This document shows positions 1 to 6,630 of a stretch of DNA of 13,552 nucleotides, in pieces. The position numbers and the translations under genes are program-made. The stretch comes from Candidatus Eiseniibacteriota bacterium (GTDB lineage Bacteria > Eisenbacteria > RBG-16-71-46), in assembly GCA_031364845.1 (NCBI GenBank), contig JANLWX010000206.1, positions 1 to 13,552 on the forward strand, in the 5' to 3' direction. Position 1 is the stretch's first letter. Each line of letters opens with the position of its first letter. The notes beneath the pieces are model-generated. The model searched no databases. It saw nothing but the letters and a program-made list of their open reading frames with translations, and was not told the DNA's origin.

Positions 1-1
1 G

Positions 2-619
2 CACGTGAAGCGCGCCGTGTGGGAACGCGACGGTGGCCAGTGCGGGTTTGTCAGCAAGAGCGGCGCGCGCTGTCCGGAACGATCGCGACTCGAATTCGAT
101 CACATCCTCGAAGTGGCGCGAGGTGGGGAAGCCACTGTTGACGGCATGCGTCTGCGCTGCCGCACGCACAACCAGTACGAAGCCGAGTGCACGTTCGGAG
201 CGGGCTTCATGGAGCGCAAGCGCGAGGAGGCGCGTCGTGCGGCGGCTGAGCGAAAAGTGGCCGCGACGCGGAACGAAGAGCGTTCCATCCCGAAGGAGCA
301 CGTGGTGCAATCACCGGCAACGGAAACCTCCACAGTACCGTCGCGTCCGGCTCCATCAGCTTCCGACTCCGCGAGCGCCCATCAGTATGACCAGGAACAG
401 GACCTGCTGCACTGCCTGAAAGGACTCGGAGTACGGGCGGATCAAGCGCGCATGGCCGTGGAGCACAGCCGGGAGTTTACTAACGCATCGATCGAAGAAC
501 GGCTGCGCGCGGCGCTCCGGTTCATCGGTTCTCGCGGTCGCACGTATGCAATGCAACGGGCGACAACAAATCGCTCGGGGGTGGCGGGCTTCCACGGCAT
601 GGGCACCGCGACAACGTGA
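2..619 (+). CDS. HNH endonuclease family protein, 5'-truncated by the window edge, with a C-terminal RuvA domain III-like helical segment
   Basis: The frame is open from position 2 (CAC GTG AAG = H-V-K), so the GTG at 5 is probably internal. VKRAVWERDGGQC..C..LEFDH....RGG......LRCRTHN is the Zn-binding HNH signature. A Ser/Pro/Ala linker follows, then DLLHCLKGLGVRADQARMAV...IEERLRAALRFI. TGA at 617-619. Confidence 0.85.
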   Translation, partial: HVKRAVWERDGGQCGFVSKSGARCPERSRLEFDHILEVARGGEATVDGMRLRCRTHNQYEAECTFGAGFMERKREEARRAAAERKVAATRNEERSIPKEHVVQSPATETSTVPSRPAPSASDSASAHQYDQEQDLLHCLKGLGVRADQARMAVEHSREFTNASIEERLRAALRFIGSRGRTYAMQRATTNRSGVAGFHGMGTATT

Positions 620-637
620 TGCTCGACAGCATCGCTT
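616..637 (+). terminator. Possible weak hairpin or terminator after the HNH gene
   Basis: GTGATGCT (616-623) pairs with AGCATCGC (628-635) with one G-U pair and a CGAC loop. Only TT follows, so the U-tract is poor. Confidence 0.25.
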
Positions 638-664
638 GATCCCGCCGGCGCTCACGATTATCGT
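636..664 (+). promoter_or_regulatory. Putative sigma70-type promoter for the S8 peptidase operon
   Basis: TTGATC (636-641), 17-nt spacer, TATCGT (659-664), lying 51 nt upstream of the ATG at 716 in a short intergenic region. Confidence 0.5.
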
Positions 665-665
665 G
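653..665. promoter_or_regulatory. Palindrome overlapping the -10 box (candidate repressor operator)
   Basis: Perfect inverted repeat CACGAT-T-ATCGTG, flanked by GGCG (647-650) and CGCC (666-669). Confidence 0.35.
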
Positions 666-715
666 CGCCTCCCCGCTTTCGTGCCCCCCGCACTCGCGCC
701 CCCGCACGGGTTGCC

Positions 716-2833
716 ATGCGCACGTCTCGCTTCATTCTCTGCGCCCTCGCGCTCACCGTTTCGATTCCCGCCTCCGCCAAACCCCGCTCCGACATCGCGC
801 GCGAGCTCATCGTGTGCCTTGCGCCTCCGGCACTCGGTGCCATCCATCGCGCGTCCCCCTTCGACCCAAACGTGTTCGCGAGCCTCGGCCTCGAACGCAT
901 CGCGGATCTGCATGAGCGCGCCGCTGTTGACGCGACGAAGTCACCCGTCTCCGCGAGCGCACTCCTCGATCCCACGCGCGTCGTGCTATTCGCCGCTCTC
1001 GATTCCTCCGCAGCGCTCGCCGCGCTCCAGGCGCTCGCGGCCGATCCGCACGTCCAGTGGGTCGAACGCAACGCGCTGCGCGAGGCGGCGGTGTGGAGCC
1101 TGGCTGACGTCCCGCCGCCCGCGGCCGCGGCGAGAACATCCGACGTCACCTTCCCGAACGACCCGATGTTCCGCGACGGCCGTCAGTGGGGACTCGATGC
1201 GAATTCCCGTGCGGATGTCCGTGCGCGCGCAGCGTGGAAGACCTCGACCGGCGCCAACCATCTGCTGCTCGGCTTCGCGGACACCGGAATCGACGAAGCA
1301 CATCCAGAGCTGGCCGGCCCGATGCCGGACGGCAACACTCGCATCGCACCCGGCGTGGCACTCGTCGAAGGCACCAGCGTCCGCGACGAATACGGACACG
1401 GCACGCCGGTCGCCGGCGTGATGGCCGCGCGCACGCACGATGGTGCCCACTTTGATTCGCTCGGCGTCGCGGGCGTGTGCGGCGGCGATGGCAGTGCGAA
1501 CGCAGGCTGCCGCATCCTGCCGCTCAAGATCACGCAGGGCAGCGACGGCTACGCCTCGTCGTTCGACATCGCGGCCGCGATCCTGGCCGCAACGCGCCTT
1601 GGCGCTCGCGCGGTCAACCTGTCGTTCACCGGCGCCACGCCGAGCCGCGCCGAACGCCTCGCGCTTCATGAATCGATCACGCACGGATGTGTCGTCGTCG
1701 CGGCCTCGGGCAATCGCGGCTTTCGCGAAGGCACGCTGCCCCAGTATCCGGCCGCATACGCCGCCGATGGACTCTGCATTCAGGTCGGCGCCTCCGACGC
1801 CGCCGGACGACGCGCGTCGTTCTCGTCCTACGGCCCCGGCCTCGATCTGCTCGCGCCTGGCGTCGACATCTGGACCACGTTCATGACCTACGCGGCCGGG
1901 AGCGGCTCACCGCGGCGCAACTACGTCGCCGCGTCGGGAACTTCGTTCGCGGCACCCTTCGTCACCGGAGGCATCGGCCTGCTCGCCGCCGTGCGGCCGG
2001 AGCTGATCGACGTCGACTACCAGCAGGTGCTCCGCGCGAGCGCACGCGATGCGGGAGTGCCGGGCGCGGATGCCGAGACCGGCAGCGGCGTGCTAGATCT
2101 CGAAGCCGCACTCGCGATGGTGTCACCCGGGGTCGGCATCTGGCACGAAGAACTGGCGGCCGACACCTTCGAGCTGCTCGACACGAGCACGCTCGAAGTC
2201 GGTGAGCCGGGTTTCGGCGGCACCGTGCGGGCGGGCAGCTTCCCGGGCACGCAGCTCGTGCGCGCGAGCGTTGCGTTCGCGTTGCCCGACTCGTTCGTCG
2301 GCCCGGTGCGCGTCTGGCCGCGCATCGGTGGGACCACGACGTTGCGCGGCGGCTTCCGGCTCCAGACGATCGTGCCGTGGGCAGAGGCGATCGCGACCGG
2401 CGAGCGGCGCTTCACGCTGCGCGGCTACGTCTATCAGATCGACGCACTCCCGGAACCCGATGAGGAAGGCGCGTACGAGTCGTATCTGCCGCTGCCGCTC
2501 GACCAGACGCGCTTCGGCTTCACGGTCATCGGCGCGGTTCGGCGTCCGCCGGTCGCGGCGGTTCCCGCGATCAAGCCGACTCGCACGCCCGGCATCGCCG
2601 CACCCAATCCCTTCCGCGGCACCGCGCACATCACGGTGCCCGGCGCCCGGACGATCGAGATCTGGGACGTGAGCGGACGGCGGGTGCGCCGGCTCGAAGC
2701 GGGTGGTACCGTGGGCGCGTTCACATGGAACGGCGCCGATCATCGCGGCCGTCCCGTGCGACCGGGCCTCTATCTCGTGCGCCGGCATCCATCACCCGGT
2801 CCGGCGCCGCTCAAGCTACTCAAACTCGAGTGA
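716..2833 (+). CDS. Secreted S8 (subtilisin-family) serine peptidase with a C-terminal FlgD-Ig / T9SS type A-like domain
   Basis: Signal peptide MRTSRFILCALALTVSIPASA, then a prodomain ending near VQWVERN. Catalytic motifs are FADTGID (Asp), YGHGTPVAG (His), AASGN (oxyanion Asn) and SGTSFAAP (Ser). The C-terminus reads AAPNPF...IEIWDVSGRRVRRL...WNGADHRGRPVRPGLYLVR. Confidence 0.93.
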   Translation: MRTSRFILCALALTVSIPASAKPRSDIARELIVCLAPPALGAIHRASPFDPNVFASLGLERIADLHERAAVDATKSPVSASALLDPTRVVLFAALDSSAALAALQALAADPHVQWVERNALREAAVWSLADVPPPAAAARTSDVTFPNDPMFRDGRQWGLDANSRADVRARAAWKTSTGANHLLLGFADTGIDEAHPELAGPMPDGNTRIAPGVALVEGTSVRDEYGHGTPVAGVMAARTHDGAHFDSLGVAGVCGGDGSANAGCRILPLKITQGSDGYASSFDIAAAILAATRLGARAVNLSFTGATPSRAERLALHESITHGCVVVAASGNRGFREGTLPQYPAAYAADGLCIQVGASDAAGRRASFSSYGPGLDLLAPGVDIWTTFMTYAAGSGSPRRNYVAASGTSFAAPFVTGGIGLLAAVRPELIDVDYQQVLRASARDAGVPGADAETGSGVLDLEAALAMVSPGVGIWHEELAADTFELLDTSTLEVGEPGFGGTVRAGSFPGTQLVRASVAFALPDSFVGPVRVWPRIGGTTTLRGGFRLQTIVPWAEAIATGERRFTLRGYVYQIDALPEPDEEGAYESYLPLPLDQTRFGFTVIGAVRRPPVAAVPAIKPTRTPGIAAPNPFRGTAHITVPGARTIEIWDVSGRRVRRLEAGGTVGAFTWNGADHRGRPVRPGLYLVRRHPSPGPAPLKLLKLE

Positions 2834-2839
2834 CCGACT

Positions 2840-4099
2840 ATGCTCCCGATGGTGCTACGACGCTCGCTGTGGTGCTCGGCCGTTCTCGCGCTCGCGTGTG
2901 CGATCGGCTGTGCTGCGCCCCGAAAGCCCTCCGACGGACTCACCGTGCGCGAGGTGACACCCGCGTTCCTCGCCGCGATCGATGCGCGCGACCCCGCGGT
3001 CGCTGCCGACGCGCACGGGCGTGTCGCGCTCACATACGTGACCCGCGACACCAGCGGCGCGCGCGAGTTGTGGCTCGCCGTGTCGCGCGACAGCGGGGCG
3101 ACGTTCTCATCGCCCGTCCGCGTCAACGACGTGCCGGGCAGCGTGTCGTCGTATCCCGAAGGCCGTCCGGCCGCGGTCTTCGGCCCGGCTGGCGCGCTCG
3201 TGGTCACGTGGGCCGCGCGCCGGCCGGGCGTCGATCGCGCCGTGGACATCGCCTCGCGCGCGAGCAGCGACGGCGGTGTGACCCTCGGCCCGGTCGCCTA
3301 TCTCAACGACGATCGCGGGAGCGGCATCGCCGCGTTCCACGGATTCCCGGCCATCGCGTTTCGGCCCGACGGCGCGCTGTTCGCCGCGTGGCTCGACGAA
3401 CGCGACTACGCGACCGCCGATGGCGAACCCGCAGGCTCGTCGCTCTATCGATCGCTGAGCTACGACGGCGGCCAGACCTGGACCGCGAACCAGCGCATGC
3501 GCGACACCGTGTGCGCGTGCTGCCGGCCGATGGTCGCCACCGACGCGGTCGGCGGCATCGCGCTCGCGTATCGCTCCGCCTATCTCAACCTGCGCGATCC
3601 TGCGCTCGCGATCTCGAACGACGGAGGCTCGACGTTCGCGGTCGACACCGTGCTCCACGCCGACCAGTGGTATCTGCCCGGATGCCCCGACGTCGGACCC
3701 GCCGTGACCTGGAACCAGAAGTCGGGCGGCCACTACGCCTGGTTCACGGGCGCTGGCACACCCGGCGTCTACCTCACGTCGTGGCGCGCAGACGGTGGCG
3801 CCACCGGCATGAAACGCTCGCTGTCGGACAGCTTGGATGGCGTGACGCGGCCGCGCATGACCGCACTCGGAGAGACCACGCTGATCGGCGTCGAAGCACG
3901 CCCGGCCGCCGACACGACGCACACCGTATTCGCGGTGCGTGCGCTCGATCCCAACGGAACGCTCACGCCATGGACGTTCCTCGGCGGTGATGTGCGCGAC
4001 GCGTGGCTCACGGGCTCCGACCGGCGATGCGCGTACGCATGCTGGATCGAGAAGGATGAGACGCAGTCGCGGTTGCGCGTGGTGCGGCTAGTGCGGTGA
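2840..4099 (+). CDS. Asp-box/BNR-repeat beta-propeller lipoprotein (sialidase-like fold, probably not a true sialidase)
   Basis: Hydrophobic N-terminus with lipobox-like LALACAIG-C. Four Asp boxes: SRDSGATFS, SSDGGVTLG, SYDGGQTWT, SNDGGSTFA. Motifs VCACCRP and WYLPGCPDVGP. Starts 6 nt after the peptidase stop; alternative start ATG 2849. Confidence 0.85.
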   Translation: MLPMVLRRSLWCSAVLALACAIGCAAPRKPSDGLTVREVTPAFLAAIDARDPAVAADAHGRVALTYVTRDTSGARELWLAVSRDSGATFSSPVRVNDVPGSVSSYPEGRPAAVFGPAGALVVTWAARRPGVDRAVDIASRASSDGGVTLGPVAYLNDDRGSGIAAFHGFPAIAFRPDGALFAAWLDERDYATADGEPAGSSLYRSLSYDGGQTWTANQRMRDTVCACCRPMVATDAVGGIALAYRSAYLNLRDPALAISNDGGSTFAVDTVLHADQWYLPGCPDVGPAVTWNQKSGGHYAWFTGAGTPGVYLTSWRADGGATGMKRSLSDSLDGVTRPRMTALGETTLIGVEARPAADTTHTVFAVRALDPNGTLTPWTFLGGDVRDAWLTGSDRRCAYACWIEKDETQSRLRVVRLVR

Positions 4100-4127
4100 T
4101 CGGTTTGGTAACCGCAATCACCGTTTG
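4094..4127 (+). terminator. Putative intrinsic terminator of the peptidase / BNR-lipoprotein operon
   Basis: CGGTGAT-CGGTT [loop TGGT] AACCG-(CA bulge)-ATCACCG forms a 12-bp stem overlapping the stop codon, followed by TTTGAT. Confidence 0.5.
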
Positions 4128-4151
4128 ATCCAGAACCGCTGAATCCGACGC

Positions 4152-4187
4152 GCGACCGGCGTGCGGAAGAAAATTTCCGCCGGTCGC
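4152..4187. repeat. Inverted repeat just upstream of the ECF promoter
   Basis: GCGACCGGCG (4152-4161) and CGCCGGTCGC (4178-4187) are perfect 10-bp complements. An alternative inner pairing GCGGAA/TTCCGC closes a GAAAAT loop. Confidence 0.6.
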
Positions 4188-4197
4188 CAATCCCCTC

Positions 4198-4224
4198 TGT
4201 CGAAATCCCCGTCCCCCGTTCGAC
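4198..4224 (+). promoter_or_regulatory. Putative ECF42-dependent (autoregulated) promoter of the DGPF-sigma operon
   Basis: TGTCGA (4198-4203), 17 nt, CGAC (4221-4224). This matches the ECF42 target motif as I recall it from Streptomyces venezuelae work (-35 TGTCGA, -10 CGA/TC). It sits 46 nt upstream of the DGPF gene; RBS GGAGG at 4261-4265. Confidence 0.75.
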
Positions 4225-4270
4225 CATAGGGTGTTCACCGCAACCGCAACCCACGCAACGGGAGGGCTTC

Positions 4271-4633
4271 ATGAAGTATCTGTGCCTGATCTACAGCGAC
4301 GAGAAGGCCGTGACCGGAATGAGCAAGAGCGATGCGGACGCGTTCATGGGCGAGTACTTCGCGTTCACCGAAGGCATCCGTCAGAGCGGCCACTATGTCT
4401 CGGGCGAAGCGCTCGAAGACACGCCGACCGCGACCACGGTGCGCGTGCGCAACGGCAAGCTCTCGACTACCGACGGGCCGTTCGCAGAGACCAAGGAGCA
4501 GCTCGGCGGGTTCTACCTGATCGAGGCGCGTGACCTGAACGAGGCGATCCAGATCGCCGGCAAGATCCCGTCGGCGCGTCTGGGCAGCATCGAGGTCCGT
4601 CCGGTCGTGGATTTCAGCAAGGTCCAGGCGTAG
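4271..4633 (+). CDS. YciI/YCII-related DGPF-family (DGPFAETKE) protein
   Basis: MKYLCLIY start, ATTVRVRNGK..TDGPFAETKEQLGGFYLIEARDLNEA, and GSIEVRPV near the end. Strong RBS GGAGG. Confidence 0.96.
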   Translation: MKYLCLIYSDEKAVTGMSKSDADAFMGEYFAFTEGIRQSGHYVSGEALEDTPTATTVRVRNGKLSTTDGPFAETKEQLGGFYLIEARDLNEAIQIAGKIPSARLGSIEVRPVVDFSKVQA

Positions 4634-4634
4634 T

Positions 4635-4731
4635 TCGCTTCAGGCCGCATGACAGCCTCGCGGTGATGGCGGTTCGGGCCGTCGACGAATTCTGCACGCC
4701 GCGAGGTTGCCCATGCGGACGCCCGAAGTGA
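4635..4731 (+). other. Long intergenic stem-loop between the DGPF gene and the sigma factor gene
   Basis: Nested helices: TCGCTTC (4635-4641)/GAAGTGA (4725-4731); CCGCATG (4645-4651)/CATGCGG (4712-4718); CAGCCTCGCGGTG (4653-4665)/CGCCGCGAGGTTG (4697-4709). These contain three G-U pairs in total. The loop holds a further small hairpin, ATGGC/GCCGT. Confidence 0.6.
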
Positions 4732-4767
4732 TGATCGAGCGTGGACGGTCGTCACCCTGAGGGATCG

Positions 4768-6024
4768 ATGCACGATGTGAACGATGACGTGCCGGGCGCG
4801 ATAAGACGGCAGCTCGACACGCTCTATCGCACCGAATCCCGCCGCGTTCTCGCCACGCTCATCCGCCTGCTCGGCGACTTCGATCTTGCCGAAGAGGCGC
4901 TGCACGACGCCTTCACCGCGGCACTCGAGCAATGGTCGCGCGACGGTGTGCCTGCGAATCCGCGCGCGTGGCTCGTTTCGAGCGGGCGCTTCAAGGCGAT
5001 CGACAATCTGCGCCGCCGCGCGCGTTTCGACGCGTCCAAGTCCGAGATCGCCGAGCGACTCGCCATGAGCGCGCCCGCGGCTCCGGATCACGATGCCGAA
5101 GATGTCGAAGACGATCGCCTGCGCCTGATCTTCACGTGCTGCCATCCCGCGCTGACACCGGATGCGCAGGTGGCAATGACGTTGCGCGAAGTGTGCGGGC
5201 TACGCACCGAAGCGATCGCGCGCGCGTTCCTCACCACACCGCCGACGGTGGCGCAGCGCATCGTGCGCGCGAAGTCGAAGATCCGTGATGCGGGGATTCC
5301 GTACGCCGTGCCTTCGCGCGCGGAGCTGGCGGAGCGACTCGACTCGGTGCTGCACGTGGTTTATCTCGTGTTCAACGAAGGCTACTCGGCTTCGGAAGGC
5401 CCGGCGCTCACGCGGCCGGATCTCTCGGCCGAGGCGATCCGGCTCGGGCGACTCCTGGTCGAACTGCTCAAGGAACCCGAAGCCATCGGGTTGCTCGGGC
5501 TGATGCTGCTGCACGAGTCGCGGCGCGCGGCGCGGCTGTCGGCGGCGGGCGATCTGATCCTGCTCGAGGAGCAAGACCGTTCGCTGTGGGATCGCGGGTT
5601 GATCACCGAAGGCCAGGCGCTGGTCGAGCGCGCGATCCAGTCGCGGCGCATCGGACTGTATACACTGCAGGCCGCGATTGCGGCGGTGCATGCGGAAGCG
5701 CGATCGGCCGCAGAGACCGATTGGAGCGAGATCGTCGGGCTGTACGACGTGCTTCTGCGCGCGGATGCTTCGCCGATCGTGGAACTGAATCGCGCGGTGG
5801 CGGTCGCGATGCGGGATGGCCCAGAGGCTGGGCTCGGATTGATCGACGGAATTCTCGCGCGCGGAGATCTCACGGAATACCACCTGGCTCATGCCGCGCG
5901 CGCGGATCTGCTCCGCCGATCGGGCAGAGGGACGGAGGCCCGCGCCGCCTACGAGCGCGCGCTGGGCCTCGCGCATCAGGATGTCGAGCGGCGCTTTCTC
6001 AAAGGGCGAATGAGAGCGCTGTGA
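4768..6024 (+). CDS. ECF sigma-70 factor with a C-terminal TPR-like extension (ECF42 group, DUF6596-type)
   Basis: Region 2: LATLIRLLGDFDLAEEALHDAF...W...GVPANPRAWL. Also DDRLRLIFTCCHPAL, region 4 EAIARAFL...VAQRIVRAKSKI, VYLVFNEGY, LEEQDRSLWD, YTLQAAIAAVH and LNRAVAVAMRDGP. It lies next to a DGPF gene. Start taken as ATG 4768 (GAGGGA upstream) rather than GTG 4741. Confidence 0.94.
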   Translation: MHDVNDDVPGAIRRQLDTLYRTESRRVLATLIRLLGDFDLAEEALHDAFTAALEQWSRDGVPANPRAWLVSSGRFKAIDNLRRRARFDASKSEIAERLAMSAPAAPDHDAEDVEDDRLRLIFTCCHPALTPDAQVAMTLREVCGLRTEAIARAFLTTPPTVAQRIVRAKSKIRDAGIPYAVPSRAELAERLDSVLHVVYLVFNEGYSASEGPALTRPDLSAEAIRLGRLLVELLKEPEAIGLLGLMLLHESRRAARLSAAGDLILLEEQDRSLWDRGLITEGQALVERAIQSRRIGLYTLQAAIAAVHAEARSAAETDWSEIVGLYDVLLRADASPIVELNRAVAVAMRDGPEAGLGLIDGILARGDLTEYHLAHAARADLLRRSGRGTEARAAYERALGLAHQDVERRFLKGRMRAL

Positions 6025-6047
6025 CCTCGCTGGCTGACGAGGCTCAC
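6021..6047. terminator. Small hairpin between convergent stop codons
   Basis: GTGA-CCTCG ... CGAGG-C-TCAC spans both stop codons. There is no U-tract on either strand. Confidence 0.25.
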
Positions 6048-6457
6048 CGTCCCCATATCGTGAAACTCGAGGCCCACGCGAGCCCAAGCATCAGCAGAAC
6101 CGCCGCGGTGAGACCCAGGCCCAGAAAAATGCTGCGTCCGACGTCGGTGTATTCCCCGTTCACGATCACCACCGAATCGCGCGGGATGTCGCGGACCACG
6201 CGCGGCTTGGTGAGCTCCAGTCCGCGCGATTCGATGCGGGGACGAACGAAGCGCAGGGTGTCTCCGCGCGCTTCGACGGTTCCCTCGAACGCGACGCGCC
6301 GGCCGTCCTCGAGCACGTAGCCACTGACGCGCTGGGGGTCCGAGCCGAGCATGCGCTCTTCGGGATCCGCCCCCGGGTGGACGAGCAGCGCACGTGAGGC
6401 CGAGCAGCCCGTCAGAAGGGTGAGACACAGGGCGAACACGAACGTCGTGATTCGCAT
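6044..6457 (-). CDS. Hypothetical lipoprotein (137 aa) with a C-terminal transmembrane helix
   Basis: ATG at 6457 is preceded by a strong RBS, GGAGGAG. The N-terminus MRITTFVFALCLTLLTG-C ends in a lipobox, and the C-terminus SIFLGLGLTAAVLLMLGLAWASSF is hydrophobic. The upstream 64 codons of the listed ORF look non-coding. Confidence 0.8.
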   Translation of the reverse strand: MRITTFVFALCLTLLTGCSASRALLVHPGADPEERMLGSDPQRVSGYVLEDGRRVAFEGTVEARGDTLRFVRPRIESRGLELTKPRVVRDIPRDSVVIVNGEYTDVGRSIFLGLGLTAAVLLMLGLAWASSFTIWGR

Positions 6458-6601
6458 TTCGATCTCCTCCGATGCGCCGCGTCCACGAGATGAAAACTCG
6501 AAGGATCGGGCGCCACGGATACTACACCGCGACCGCGACTCCGGTTCGAAGACCCGCTCCCGCGCTCGTCCGCTGCGCATCCCCGCTCGCGCCGCAACAC
6601 C

Positions 6602-6630
6602 TTGGTCGCGTCTGGGGCGCATGCTAGGCT
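6602..6630 (+). promoter_or_regulatory. Putative sigma70-type promoter of the moxR operon
   Basis: TTGGTC (6602-6607), 17 nt, TAGGCT (6625-6630), with an extended -10 TG at 6622-6623. RBS GAGGA at 6695-6699 precedes GTG 6704. Confidence 0.5.

Noticed and set aside
1..715. HNH gene as part of an IS, IscB/Cas9, group II intron or restriction system
   Set aside because: No RuvC, RT, transposase or DNA methylase motifs, terminal repeats or CRISPR repeats are visible. The upstream context is outside the window.
2725..3990. 421-aa alternative-frame ORF over the BNR lipoprotein
   Set aside because: Arg-rich, motif-free frame shadow typical of GC-rich DNA.
2840..4099. Calling this gene a sialidase (nanH/nanA)
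   Set aside because: Asp boxes indicate only the fold. No RIP motif is evident and there are no sialic acid catabolism genes nearby.
6519..6550. Minus-strand promoter for the lipoprotein (TAGTAT at 6524-6519)
   Set aside because: The -10 is plausible, but there is no properly spaced -35 or extended -10, so support is insufficient.
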